A stretch of 63,269 nt of DNA, counting the filler, from Intoshia linei (taxonomy: Eukaryota; Animalia; Orthonectida): the NCBI GenBank assembly GCA_001642005.1. It is 5 parts of 5 records of this genome, joined end to end, with 100 filler letters (N's around TTAATTAATTAA, not from the genome) between each part and the next. Parts side by side here need not be neighbours in the genome. Positions count along the whole stretch, not along the records: positions 14,435 to 31,323 come from LWCA01000829.1; positions 31,424 to 50,426 come from LWCA01000753.1; 3 more parts are not named here. One strand, given 5' to 3'. The notes below the pieces were generated by a model, which was not told the DNA's origin, did not search any database, and saw only the letters and a program-made list of their open reading frames with translations. Made by a program: the position numbers and the translations under genes. Positions within the stretch are counted from its first letter, which is position 1. Each line of letters opens with the position of its first letter. This document shows positions 26,301-39,980 of the stretch, in pieces.

Positions 26301-29220
26301 TAATATTACATTATTTCATAAGCTTCGATATTCTAGTGATTTGGATTTTTATCAACCCCAAAATCTTAATTCGAGAAAGAAAGACTTAATACATGAACTC
26401 ATGAATCTTTAAAGGCAAAAAATCGTCCTAGCCTATTCATGTATCAATCAAATCGGTTTTTATTATATTTAATGTTTATATCATAAAGTGGCCCGATTAC
26501 TGAAAGGTCTCAATAAGATAGAAAAAAGGTCACAAACGGTGACCATTGTGAATATGATAAATCAAGTAAAATTTAATATTAAAAATACCCATCATCATTA
26601 ATGATGTCAAAGCAGGCAATAGAACTAATTTTTTTAATTCAGCAATATGTAAAATTTTGTTTGAACTATAAATAAAAATAATAATTGTGATTAAATTAAT
26701 GAAATTTTTTATATCTTGATTAATGTAATTAGTACAAACATATAAACATTAATCCTTACTTTTATAAGATTGAATGTCTGTATCGGTGTATCTGTGTTAC
26801 CGTTTATTTCAATAACTAATAGTCCTAGAATTTTAAACAACAAAAATTACAGGTCAGTTTTTTCCGGTGTAGAAAGTAAGATAAATGTCAATCTCATAAA
26901 CTTTCTACTTCCCTGTCAAAGAAGCATGGTACCATTTTATCATCTAATATTTTATGTTTTTTGACCTAACTTTTAAGGGGGATTTTTAGGATTTTTTTTG
27001 AATGAAAATTTCAAGAAGGTTTTTAAGATTTTTTTGAACCTTTTAAACAAAATTTAATAAGTTTTTTAAGGGAAGTTTTTTTCTCCCAATTTTGGGATCA
27101 AAATTTGATTCTTAAAATTCCCTAAAAACCCCCTTCAAAGTTTGGTTTAAAAAAAAATCTTAAAACCCCCTTTGAAAGTTGATTCAAAAAAAATCCTAAA
27201 AACCCCCCTTAAAAGTTTGGTTCAAAAAAATTTCCTATTTTAGTATTCAAATTTAGTATTTCGTATAAACAGCTCTTTACCAAAAAAATTAAATCTTACA
27301 TAAATGCTACTATTCACTATTACGAATCAGTTAAACTTTAACTTAAAGGAATGCTCAAAACGTGTTAAGATAATTTTATATTTGTAAATTCCAGACCATT
27401 AATTATATCAAATTTTTTGTTTTAATGAAATAATTACCAAAAAAGTTAAACAGTAAATTGATTTCCCTAAAAACCATATTTAGAATATGGTAAAAAAAAT
27501 TTTTGTGTGTATTAAATAAAGATAACTGTAAGGACTGTTATTTTTTTAAATTCTGGGACTATTTTGATTTTTTGATAAAAGGGTAATTTTAGGTTTTAGC
27601 CCTGAAGATATCACTTTTTGAAATTTAAATTATGATAATGTTCATGATATTATAATGTGTATCAGAATGTCTATTTTATTAAATTTTAGGACTATTTTGA
27701 TTTTAAAAAAGGTATTAAGGGTTTTTTACTGGTAAAATGTATGTTTCTGAGTTTGAATTTATCTTACTTTCATCTGGAAAAAAACTGTAATCGAAATTTC
27801 GAATTTTTTTAATTCTAGGACTCTAAGGACTTTGAGGACAACACACAGACAGACAAACATAGAGTTTTATATAAGTTATGATTCTATAACTAAAATTATG
27901 ATAAATTATGTATTACACATACAAAACTTACTGTAAATTGATGTATTTCAAATCGAACTGATCAACAGAGAACCCTTCTAAATTTTCTACTGCATTATCC
28001 CTTAAATGTAACGTAGAAAGCTGAACCATATTTGAAATTCCACTTAACAAAGTTATTCGATTAGCAGCCTAAAATGATTAAAATTTCAAATTTTAAAAAT
28101 GTAAACAAAATAAAAAAAAAACCATAAACAAATTTCGAAGATTCGGCATATTTATACCATTAATACTTTTAATTTTATTTGATCTCAATTCCAAAGTATG
28201 GACATTAAGTAGAGTTGTTTCTGAAATGTATATTTTCCTAATTTTGTTGTCTAAATCATGAAAGAATTAATACTGTGCCGTTATATTTCAAACATTTTTA
28301 TTCTAAATGCGGGTAAAATGACAGTAAAAATGAACAAATAAAAAAAATAATAGCCAATTGTGAAAACAAATATATTTTATATTTTGATGAAGCTGTGTCG
28401 GAGAGCGAACATGCTAACTTGGAAATATTGGTCAATTTATAAATACATGTAATAATAAACAAAAACAAAAATTACTACTTAAATCTAAAATTTCCAAAAG
28501 AGGATAATTGAGCGGTTCATCCACAATTTTAATATTATTATGGCTAAAATTTGCTCGTTGTAAATATGGCAAATTAAGTATAGGAATTTTAACAAGTTTA
28601 TTGTGGCTAACATTTAAGGTTATTAAATGTGTTAAATTTTTTAAAACTGAAATATTTTCCAATTTATTTTTCGACAAATCAATAAATCGTAAATAAATGT
28701 AATTTTCGAGAATATCTATATTTTCAATTTTTCTATATAAAAAATTAATTTATAATGTTAATTAAAAAATTGATTAATAAATTACTTGCCAATACAGTCA
28801 AATCTGGCATAAGCGTGTTCTAATCCATTTCCCGTTTTACATAATAAAGATATTCCTTCTTTGACTACATCAAATTCTAGTGTGGGATTTGCATTTGCCT
28901 AAAAATATTTATTGTATTTTTTAAATGAGATATCATTCACTATCATTGGGGACGTATACTACAATGGTGTTAAAAATCACATTTTTCTGGATGTTATTAC
29001 ATTTCATTTAATCGTGGCAAATTAGGATGTAATATATATTTATTTAAATTACCTGATCTTCATCCAATTCATTTTCTTCTTCACCTTCTTCAAGGTTTGA
29101 ATCTTTTTCAGTGTCTAATTTTTTTACCGAATCGTCTGAATCATTCTCGATATTTTCACCGTTGGATTCATTTTCTTCTTTATTTGATTCATTTTCTATT
29201 GACCCGATTTCATTCGACAT
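23395..29220 (-). CDS. LRRC23: Leucine-rich repeat-containing protein 23 (ciliary radial-spoke LRR protein), 9 exons
   Basis: Acidic N-terminus, then VKEGISLLCKTGNGLEHAYAR (LRRC23 KEGLSLLCKTGNGLAHAYVK), multiple LRRs and the LRR cap NPVNDEEDYRLESLILLRKLDRLDKE. ATG 29220, TGA 23395-23397. Confidence 0.92.
24062..25651. mobile_element. Non-autonomous hAT element in an LRRC23 intron
   Basis: TIRs tagtagcggatctag / ctagatccgccactg with an 8-bp TSD ccaccatc versus ctacaatc (6/8). Confidence 0.75.
26753..26950 (+). mobile_element. Helitron 5' fragment; further 5' fragments at about 29827 (+), 41609 (+), 47482 (+) and 62771 (-)
   Basis: A|TCcttacttttataag...tgtgttaccgtttatttcaataact, shared with the family. 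Confidence 0.7.
26957..27230. mobile_element. Foldback-like element: long inverted arms built of about 37-bp tandem subunits
   Basis: The left arm aacttttaagggggatttttaggattttttttgaat is the reverse complement of the right arm attcaaaaaaaatcctaaaaacccccttaaaagtt, with 2-3 subunits per arm. Confidence 0.7.
27520..27881 (-). mobile_element. Helitron 5' portion, reverse orientation; similar copy at about 33200-33546 (-)
   Basis: The reverse complement begins A|TCataacttatataaaac followed by a tgtctgtctgtgtgt tract. Confidence 0.7.
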
Positions 29221-30304
29221 TATCAATTTTTTATTTATAGTAACTAGGATTTTTATCGAGATATCGGCGCAACAATTGATCAAGAACTAACAAACAGAAT
29301 GTCTAATTATAGACATTAAATATTCAAATAAAATCTAAATTATAAATTTATATGACAAATTTGACGGTTATGTATTTGTAATAACTGTGATTAGTTCTAC
29401 CGAGGGTACACACTTCCAGATATATTTTTTACATATTATCTAATTTTCATTACATTACATTGTATTTTTAATTTTAGCAATCAAAAAACCAAATACAATT
29501 ATAACAAAATTATATATTTCATTTTTTGTTAAATTTTAACAAATTGTGATAATGGAAAAATGCTAAGAAATAAATTTCTGAAACTGAAAAACAGATTTTT
29601 GTATTTTGAATATATAAGCTTATTCTTAATTTTTTTTCAATTGTAAAATGAATATTTACATTATCATTTAAAAAATGTAAAAATAGTTGGTAATATATTA
29701 TTTAGTCATTTTTGGCACAGAATTTTTAAATATCTGAGGTTGAAATTTCTTCTCCAGATCATCTGGAATCCAGATTCTAGATTATACCGTATAAATAAGA
29801 TTTTTTTTAAATTCTAGGATTATTAATCCTTACATATATAAAGTCATTTACACTTAGCAAGTTACAATGTTAGTTAAGAATGTAGTCTGTATATTTATTT
29901 GTCTGTTTGTTCGGTTTGATTTAAGAAAGGAAGAGGATTCGATTTTTAAAATTTCCATATTTCCATATTTCCATTATATTTTTTTGAGGGTGATGTTTTA
30001 TCGCAAATTTAACTGTCAGAAATTGAGCTCTTCAAGGTCAAAAACACCAATTATCATTTTTTTTTAAATTCAAACGAGTCTAGAATTATAAAAAATGATG
30101 TTAAAATCTGATAAAGCTTTTAAATTCATCAACAATAAATTTCAATTACAAAATCTTATATTTTCACCGCCAAAACCTCAAATTACACTTTTTGTAAATC
30201 ATAGTCATAGTAAAACAAAGAAAAAAGTCATAGAATAGTGTGACAACGGAAACGTAAATGTGGGATAAGTTTTAAAATTATCAACATTATCATTCTCTCT
30301 AGAT

Positions 30305-30471
30305 CAGTGGTTCCAATTTCAAAATATTTATTTTTTTGGACACAAAGGAAACATGAAATATATAACATTTATGAAAAAATTAAAGGTTTTTTCTCATAAG
30401 ATTTGGTCAAATCGTGTTTTCAAAAAAATATTGGAAAATGGGATAATATCGGACCTCAATCGGAACCACTG
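30305..30471. mobile_element. hAT MITE with a perfect 8-bp TSD
   Basis: ctctagat|cagtggttcc ... ggaaccactg|ctctagat. Confidence 0.9.
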
Positions 30472-31423
30472 CTCTAGATCCATTGGAACTAACTGTATTA
30501 GAATAACCATTTTTACATTCATATTACTTTTATTAAATTCTATGAAAATAAATTATAATTAAAACTGATTAATGTTTTTTATTTGATTATAATCAATAAT
30601 TAATAATTAGTCCATCTAAAAGAAACAATTTAAAAAAAAAAGATTATATTAGGATGGACATAATTTCAATATTTATGAATTTCTAATAGGACAAGAACCA
30701 AAAGTTTTCGTTTTGATTAGCAGACATAAAATCCAAAATCATAACAAAATTCATAAAGTTTATAAGGATGCTTAAGGGCACAGAATATCAAATTATTATT
30801 AAAATATGCATAGTAAGAGTATTACTTACTTATATAATCAAATTAATGATAAGAAAGCCAAATAATGTTCAATTAATAGTTTTGAATGTAGAATAACATT
30901 TAAATCGTTAAATTTTAATTAATTAACAATGAATTTTAATTAAAATTGTGATTTTTTATACATAATTATTAAATTTAGTCAAAACTCTATTTTTTAAATT
31001 TTGCATGTTGGGACAACGTTATCTATCAATGCAAGAGATCTTTCGCATATCTCACTGGTGAAAGATACATCCATAAATTTTGGGTATTTAGGTCATATTA
31101 CATGTTCTAAACAGTATTGAAGAGGTTCCCACAAAGCTATTTTCTGATAACGACATGTAAACCAACAATTGCTCCATACATATGAGATAAAATTACACGA
31201 TTCGATCATAATTTCTGTCCTATCCAAATTTAGAACGAAAGCTTTGAGGCAGTAAATGCTTGAATATGCTATAATGAATATTTGGAGATACAGTTCCACA
31301 TCCAAATATCTGATTTAAAACATNNNNNNNNNNNNNNNNNNNNNNNNNNNNNNNNNNNNNNNNNNNNTTAATTAATTAANNNNNNNNNNNNNNNNNNNNN
31401 NNNNNNNNNNNNNNNNNNNNNNN

Positions 31424-31833
31424 AATTGCTTAGCTCAACCTCGTTTGAATGCGCTCTCCTTAATGTCAATTGAGAATAATATTTTGAATGAAATCAGTTT
31501 TGATAATATCATATCTGATTTCTCTCAGAAAAAAGTAAGAAAACAACATTTGTGAAGAATTGTCAAGAAATTTTTGTGACTGCATGGTGCATATTTTCAA
31601 ATGAAAAAGTAAACTTTGTTCATTAATTAGTGTAAGTAGGTTTTTGTAAAAGAAATAAAAGTTACGAGAAACCTACATAATATCTTTTAATGCTTATATT
31701 AATACTCAATGAAATAAGACTCTAAGTCTCCAACCAACAGTATTCCTTATCTTCTAAACAGGGCACCTATATCTTAACAGGGCCTTGGCCCTTTTCTTAG
31801 CCCAGGGCCACAAAGTGGCTTAAGACGGCTCTG
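31424..31833 (+). mobile_element. 3' end of a hAT transposon: dimerisation-domain C-terminus plus right TIR
   Basis: NCLAQPRLNALSLMSIENNILNEISFDNIISDFSQKKVRK* (31424-31555) is the typical hAT C-terminus; the element ends ...cttaagacggctctg. Confidence 0.85.
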
Positions 31834-32321
31834 TTTTGAATACAAATATATAAAACACGATTTTAGGTTTTATAGGTAATTTATATGTGCCATTATTTCA
31901 ATAACTACACGTATTTTCTTTCTGATTTTCTTAATATTTTTACAATATGATTTTATCAACTCACTTTTACATAAAATAATAAAAGTATATAAAATGTACA
32001 GTGTTTATAATACTAAACTATTATATTATATTAATATAAATAATATTAATTCAGTGTACAACACTGAAATATTTTTTGCATTAGTACATATTGAAAAACG
32101 GTATTCGTCAACTTTGTAATAGTGTTTTTTATTTATATCACCATCAGTACGTGGTGAGTGTATTTTAGCTAATAATTTGCCAATATTAATGGTGGCACAA
32201 TTGCAGGGTCCTGCAGTGAAGATTTAGAATGTAATTGTTTTGTAAATTAATCGTTAATTTATAATAAATTTTCATCAGTATTCAATTATTATAATGAGGC
32301 ATGATGAATAAAACAATTTAC

Positions 32322-34357
32322 CTGTATCAAAATACACAACTTGTAGAAAGAATTTTTATCATTTTTTCTTTTAAACAATGCTTGCATCTAAAATAAATAT
32401 TAATATTATCATGATATAGGCACAGCGGTTTGCAACAAGTGGGTCGCGATATTTAGTTGATGAAGAATAAAATTAAAGAATGACATTGACGATTTTATTA
32501 TTAGAAAATATGGATACAGTAGTACCTTGCTATAAGTAACAAATATAAGTAACAACGATTTATAAGTACGTGTCCAAAAATAACGACTTTGGAAAATCGT
32601 TAAGATCTGATTCGATTTAAATGAAAATTAAAAAATTAATCGATTTTTACGTGTTTAACGTGTACTATTCAAATTTCATCCTAATTTTAAGGATTTATTA
32701 TAAATTTAAATTATATTTTTTTGTATAAAAATTTATTGAAATTCCAGATTCAAACCTACGACAACATGAGACTCCTCTTCGGGGAGTAAAGTGAATGGGA
32801 AATGGGACACATTTTGTAAAATGGATTTTATTTTTGACTATCAACTATTTTTGTGTAAAATTTAAACTCTATAGTTCAAACTTGTGATATAACTACTAAA
32901 CTGAAATCTGATTTATATTTAACCCAAATTAGTAATTAGTTAATTAATTAGTAAATTAATTTATATCGACAATTCCAGACTCAGATGAAATTTAAAAAAA
33001 CATTTTTTAAATTAATTTAAATAATTTCAACTTCTTAGGCTCCTTAGCGGCCGCACGCTTCAGGAACCATGATGTAAATCAACATATGTACCAATTCAAA
33101 TATATAAAATAGTCTTTATATATGAATACTAGCTGGACTATAATGTACTTTGTACAAAAAAAACAATTAGCATTACCGAGCGCCGCTTTTATTGATAATT
33201 ATTATTACAATTTTAAAACCTACCCCAGAATTTATTTTTAAAAAAGGGTAATTTGTAGTTTTTAACATTAAGATGTACGTTTCTGAGCCTGATATTTACA
33301 ACAATGTTAATTTTTTTAAAACACGCCCGAATTTATTTTTTTAAAATTCTAGGTCTGATTTTATTTTTGAAAAAAGGGAGAAATTGGTTTTTGACCCTGA
33401 AGGCCTCAATTTCTGAAAATAAACGTGCATCAGAACATCACTTTCAAACAACTGTATAAGAAATTGGGATTTTTATAGTTTATGACTGTTAATTTTTTAA
33501 ATAAACAGTAACACACACAGAAATTCAATTTTATATAAGAAAAGGATATAAAATATACTTACTAAAATAACATACGTTTAATTAAAATTTAAAATTAATA
33601 AACGTGGTTTATATATGTTAATAAATAATAAAATTTTAGTTACTACCCAAAAATTGCAAAGAAAGAGTGAGCAGATTGATAGTGTTGCAATATTAAAATA
33701 AAGATTGGCCCTGTTCACAAGTAATCAAACGAAAAAAATTAAAGCTGACAAATCTAAAAAAATATTTGAAAATAAATAACCTCGGCGGCATAAATCTGTC
33801 CATTGATACTGTGATCGGATCCATTTACTCTTCGATCAGCAACAAAATACAATTTTTCGAGTTTAACTTGCTCATAATCAAACAGCCAGAATTTGTCAAC
33901 TAAAATTAATCAATATAGTGAACCAAATAGTGTAAAAATGTAAAATTTACAAACCTGTAACAGTGCACCTTTTATCAGGCTCTTTTCCTTGGTCCATCAA
34001 GTGTAAAACATTAACATTGTCCGAGTAATGAATGGCAGTACAATTAGTATGTAAAGGAAATTCATTTGTAACATTTATAGACAAATATTTAACAACATTT
34101 TCATCGCGAATATCAATAGGCTGACTTTCAAAATAAAATTTGAGTTTTTGACTGTTCGTGTAGTTTAGATTCAATGTAATAAAAATTAAAACGAGTGTTG
34201 CAATGGATAAAAATATAATGCATATTTTCAAAAACAGTCGACTTATCTGACGTTTATTATCACTAGAAAACTTAATTTTTGTCACTTGTTGGGCTTTATC
34301 GTCTTGTAATTCAATCACGTTATCATCCTTGTCCGGCAACGTGTTTAGCATATTCAT
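32322..34357 (-). CDS. Alpha-carbonic-anhydrase-like type II membrane protein A (predicted acatalytic), exons 34357-33955, 33899-33781, 32387-32322; 3' exons unresolved
   Basis: N-terminal TM, then SQPIDI, KLEKLYFVA...GSDHSINGQIYAAE|MQALF, compared with alpha-CA QSPIDI, LxQFHFHW...GSEHTVNGxxYAAELHLVH. Confidence 0.7.
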
Positions 34358-35916
34358 GTTTTTAGACGGAATCGTAAAATTTACTAAATTGCAAATATTT
34401 ATACTTTTACAATGTACACTACTTATTGTTTAAACTAAATTTATTTATAAAAATATTTTTAAGTTTATATATCAGTTCAGGTCTATCATTTTGAGAATTG
34501 GTATGGACGAAATGGTGTAATAATTATCCTAAATCTTATTTTATTTTTCGTTTATGATTCATTTAATTTAAGTATTTTTTCAATTTCAAAGTCATGAGCT
34601 GGAATAACCTGAAAACTGAAATTCGATACATGAAAATTTAGTAAAATGTTAAAAAATACATTTAGATTGTTTTTAATACAGTATTTACAAAATTGGAAAA
34701 AATATATATTTTTCGAGTTTACAAGTTTGTATAGTGGAACCGCGTAAAGTACAATATGCAACGAAAAAGTTACATTTAAAAAAATCGTTAATTTAAAATA
34801 ACTAAAACTGTGATAATCCCTATAGAGTCGAATCTGACATTATCAAGACTAAAAATAAACCCTAAAATAAACATATGCCCTAAATTTTTAAGAAAACCTT
34901 CTTGAGGTTATTTTTTTCTTAATTCAATGGAACTGACAACTAAATGACTGACAAAATTTTCAATGTGAGATCAACTGAAATATAACTTTGCTATTATTAT
35001 TTTGATTTCAATTTTGTTAACATTCCATCAACCCAAAAATCATCAATCGGGTACTGTAGGTTTTACAATTTTATTTTTTCTTGGAATTTACGTTATTTAT
35101 AACAATTCCTTAGGGTTGTAAATATAATTATTTTGCTTTTAGATTATTTTTATAATTATATATTCATTTTTTGAAATCTATTTAAAAAATCCATATTAAC
35201 ATTAAAACTCCGCCCTCGGCAGAAATAGTTACTGTTTGTACGAAGTACAAACATTCAAGCCAGTTTTAACATATTTATATAATTAATGTAGAGAATACAT
35301 AGTCAATAAATAATGTATATAACCATTAAATTAAACCATTTTGTCTTCAAAATTAACTTTAAATAGTAATTATAAACATTTTTCTGAAAAAACACAAAAA
35401 TTCAACAATATAATTTTTTTAATACTTAATTCGGAATAATGAGACCTCCATTTTGTAAAAATTTCATTGAGTCTCCCTCCCGATAATGGTCTCAATACGG
35501 TAAGTTCAGCACTGCTGATATCTTCCCAATTGTAACAATTTTGGAAAACTGGCCATTTTAAAGAAAGATCACTGTAGAATCTACAGTGTATATATTTACT
35601 TTACTTTAAAGTTTAAACAATTTAAAATTTTAAACCAGTATTCACCATTAAAACTGCGTAGTAAGAAATTTTGGTTTAAATTTTAATTACAATTTTGTTA
35701 AAAACAATACAATTCTTACATCTATATTTGCATAACCTTGACTGATAAAACGGTATTAATTTTATGAATTTTACATAATTGTTTACTCTTAGTAAATTAA
35801 AGTTTGTATTTACTTTGGTATTTGCTTAATTTGAATTTTTCATCAGCTACACAAACCATCTTTGAATTTACGTTTAGATTGCATTTATACACATTTATTA
35901 GTTTAAAATTTTAATC

Positions 35917-38900
35917 ATGGATAAAGATAATCTGTATAAAAAAAAATCAAATAAAAAGATTCCGGAAAAAACGACCAATATTATTATGGTTGTCATTATT
36001 GCAATGCTAATCATCTGCTTCGTTGCTCTATTGGTTGTTTTTATCAAACTTAAAATGAACAATGTAACTGCAAAAATTGAAAAAAAGGTATGTTAGAATT
36101 GAATTGTATACTAAAATAGTAATGTAAATATTATATTTATATAAATCTAGACTAGGTAGGGCACTACCCTAAGAGTAGTAATGGAAAAATCTTGTTTTCG
36201 TGTTAAAAATACAAACTTGATGTATTTTTCATGCACTTTAAAAATTAAATTTGTTAAATTTGTAAGAACAAAATCATAAAATAAATGAAAGTGGCCAGAA
36301 AAAATACGTACTATCAATTTTAGTTTATTTGGTGTTAAATATAAAGCCAAAACTACTTATCTATCATGACGAATAAAAATTTTCAGCTTAATATTTATTT
36401 CAAATAAACTAAAAGTCATAGTACGTAGTTTTCTGCCCACTTTAAATAAATAGATTGCATGAGTAAACTAGGTTCACTTTCATATCATTAAAATCTAAAG
36501 GTTTTTTTCAATGAGCATTGTTCATCGATTGCCACCCATTAAATTTTAAAGTTGATTGCATAAAAAAAAGTTTGCTAATCCTGATATATTGTATTATAAT
36601 TATATGAAATAATTATAATTTTACCACGGCCGCATATAAACGCTACCAATGCAGCAGATTGTGCACTCTTGTTCTAAATGGTATACAATTTATAATTTAC
36701 ATGTCGTAAAAAAAGAATTAAAACTAAGATAAATTCAAATAAAATAAATGTAAATTTATATTAAATTTGAAAATCGATAGTTACCAAAATTTTGAAATTT
36801 TATCTATAATTAGTTATTTTATTTTTTAAAATGTAACTGTATATTTTTGAATTCACTGTTAAATGTGTAACAGCCTTCCTGTCATGCTAAACTACCCAAT
36901 TAGTAAAACGAATCAAGCCAAATTTTATAACTATGAAATTTTATGCAATTTATAAAATTTCAATCTATTACATATTATTAAATAATTTGTTTAGATGATG
37001 AAAAAAATCAATATTGCCCATTATTATAATGCTAATCCCATTAACATTGATACAAAATTAGTTTTATCGTTTAAAATCAAATCTGAAGCTCAACTAAATG
37101 ACTTGAAGATTAAGACGAATGGAAATCATTTCCATTTTGTTTTCAATGAAACAATAAAACACTTTCAATATCATCACAGTTATTCTGAGGACGAAAATTC
37201 CAAACATAATGATGAACCAATTGAATGTATTTTTTATGTTAATGTTTATTCAGGTGTCAGTAATGAAAGTTTTTATAGAAAGGACGTTTCAATGACACAA
37301 ATTATAAAATAACACTGGTACATAAATTAGAAATTTTTACAAAGTTAATACACCAATTTATGGTACCAGGCTGGTACTACCAGCGTGATATACGTGATAT
37401 ACTATGTGTTTTTTTAATAAAATTTTTCGACGGATCCATTATTGTAAATTTGGGCGACCCTGGGTTCACATAACAATAACAACACACATCATAATATATA
37501 ATACCAATAACACCCAATGACAACCTTCTTTAACACCAAATACGTCGATCTAAATGCGTGATTCGCAAATTGGCCAACAGGAATGAATTAATAAAATGAA
37601 GATAACATTTTATAACAATAAAATTAAATTAGAATATTATTAATTATTAATCATATATGTATATTGTTTATTATTATTAGTGAACGTAAACATCATTTTA
37701 TCAAAATGAAGTGAATTTTTAGTGAATAACGTGAATAATTTTTACGTACGTTAAATTTAACCTATGTGACGATTTAACTTAATTGGATAGTAGTTCCCAT
37801 TGCCGAACCTATCAAGGTCGTGGCCCCCTAATATGCAAAATTGGCTTTTAAAAAAAATTTAGAAAACTAATTGTAGTGTCGTATAACCCTAGTCGAGTTT
37901 CTAAGGCTATTGAGTTCATATTTTAAATTTAACACAAAAAATATCATTTAGCATATTCAAGAATTTTTTGAATGTTCAATTTAATAAATTGATGCACTCA
38001 TTTTACCAACATTTAGTCGAGTCTCCTCCGAAGAGGGATCTCGGATACGGTAGGTTCAACACTGGTATTATTTAGGAACCATTGGTCTAATGCTTTTAAG
38101 AAAATGGTATATCTTGTTTTCTTAGGATTACATTGTATCCGTTACTCTGTAATCGATGATACATTGAAATAGTTGTTGTCGGAGATAGAATCGAATCTAA
38201 CGTCATCCATACAATTAATTGAATATGCGTTTATATTAACACATTTAGTAACAAAATTGTCAGTATTTGACGATCAAATTGCACAATTCACAAATTTTAA
38301 TTTCATTACTTCCAATTTAACTGATGAAAATAAAGGTTCCGATAACAGTATTGATGGGAAACAATTTGACGGAGAGGTATATAATTGCATTTTATTGTAT
38401 TTTTTTTTAAATAAAATACATGTAGCTTAATTAGTGCAATATTTTATATTATCATTTTATTTTAGGTACAATTATATCTAAGATCTCAATCCAATAATAC
38501 ACAATATTACAGAATATCAATTTTTCTAGAAGTATAATATTTTATATCATAACTTATATAATATGCTACGCGATTTTTGTATGTGTGTCTGTGTGTGTTC
38601 GCCTTTATTAAAATAACTAAGTCTTAGAGTTTTATAAAGTCCACATTTCAATTACAGTTTTATCCGGGACATATAATAAGATAACTTTCAACCTCCCAAA
38701 CTCACATCTTACGGATTAAAAACTCCAATTATCCCTCTTTTTGAAAATTAAACGAGTTGAAGAATTTAAAAAAACATATACGCTCATGCAGATTTTAAAA
38801 TCATCAACATTATCATAAATTTAAATTTAAAAAAATTATATCTTCAGGGCCAAAACCCCAAATTACCCTTTTTTTTTAATGAAAACAGCCCTAGAATTTA

Positions 38901-39820
38901 AAAAAAATTCTAGCTAAGTCCTGTTTGTACGTAGTACATAACAGTCAACCTAGTAATAATAAGTATGTATAATTTGTGAATCATTATATTAAATTTAATA
39001 ATGTAAATGTCTATTTTAGGTGGATGATAACAACAAATTCAATTTAGTAAATCTTGAAAAAACTAAGAAGGAAACATCTATAACTTTTACATATACGGAT
39101 TTACTTAATGGTATTTAAAATAGAAAATTTTTCATGTTTTTAATTTTAGAACTAACTGAAAAATTGAAACAAATTTACAAATTTAAGATTCAGTTGCAAA
39201 ATAATCTTGTTGTAAACAATATAATATGTAAATCTACTTTAAAGATTACTACTAAACAGGTATGTTTTAAAATTATTCAAAATATGCAACCCTAGTGAGA
39301 ATAAAAAATGACAAAAAATTATGTTATTTACCGTTGAAAAGATATGATGTTAGAGAAAAAAATCGTATTACACCCCAGCATTAAAAAAAAGAATGAAAAA
39401 TTTTAATAATAATAAAAAAATGTTTAATTTTTTAATTAATTTCCTCTGTGGAGACGTTTTTAATAATTCACATCATTTTTTTGGAAAATTTTAATTTAAC
39501 ACTGTACCAGGATATAAAATAATAGAATATATACCTCTATCACACTTCTGGTATAATCACACCCATTTTTAAAAATGGGACCAAAGACTACTTTATTAAT
39601 TGTACATTTTTAGTTGGAACGTATTAAAAATTTTAAATCAAGAAACCCACTTAAAATTGTGGATTTCACTTCTCCAGTTTTTTATGTTGATGAAAAATTT
39701 GAAAAAGCTGTTATGAAAAAAAAAGTTGAAGAAAATGTACCTGAAGCCATTGACCCAGTCTCCATTCAAGAACCAAAAAAAACGGAAGAAGTTAAAGAAG
39801 AGAAAATTGCTACTTCATAA
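35917..39820 (+). CDS. Alpha-carbonic-anhydrase-like type II membrane protein B (predicted acatalytic), about 7 exons
   Basis: ATG 35917 and a TM segment, then NANPINIDTK, KTNGNHF, QFTNFNF...KGSDNSIDGKQFDGE|VQLYL and NIICKSTLKITTKQ|LERIK. Approximate exons: 35917-36087, 36995-37253, 38249-38376, 38466-38531, 39021-39109, 39150-39259, 39614-39820. Confidence 0.75.
38547..38953 (+). mobile_element. Minimal 407-bp non-autonomous Helitron (internal deletion derivative) in an intron
   Basis: A|TCataacttatataatatgctacgcg ... gtttgtacgtagtacataacagtcaacCTAG|T, inserted between A and T with no TSD. Confidence 0.9.
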
Positions 39821-39980
39821 AAATATATTTAAGTTACTTTGCAGGAATAATAAACTTTTATGCAAATTCACAAAGAAAAATGTCTAAAAAACGGCACATT
39901 TTATTATATCAAAAACAACAAAAATAACAATTTGATTAATTTAAAATTGAATAAATTAATATTTCCAGTTATTTCAAGTT

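Noticed and set aside
26957-27230. About 37-bp repeated units as a possible CRISPR array
   Set aside because: There are no unique spacers, the units form inverted arms, the context is eukaryotic and no cas genes are present.
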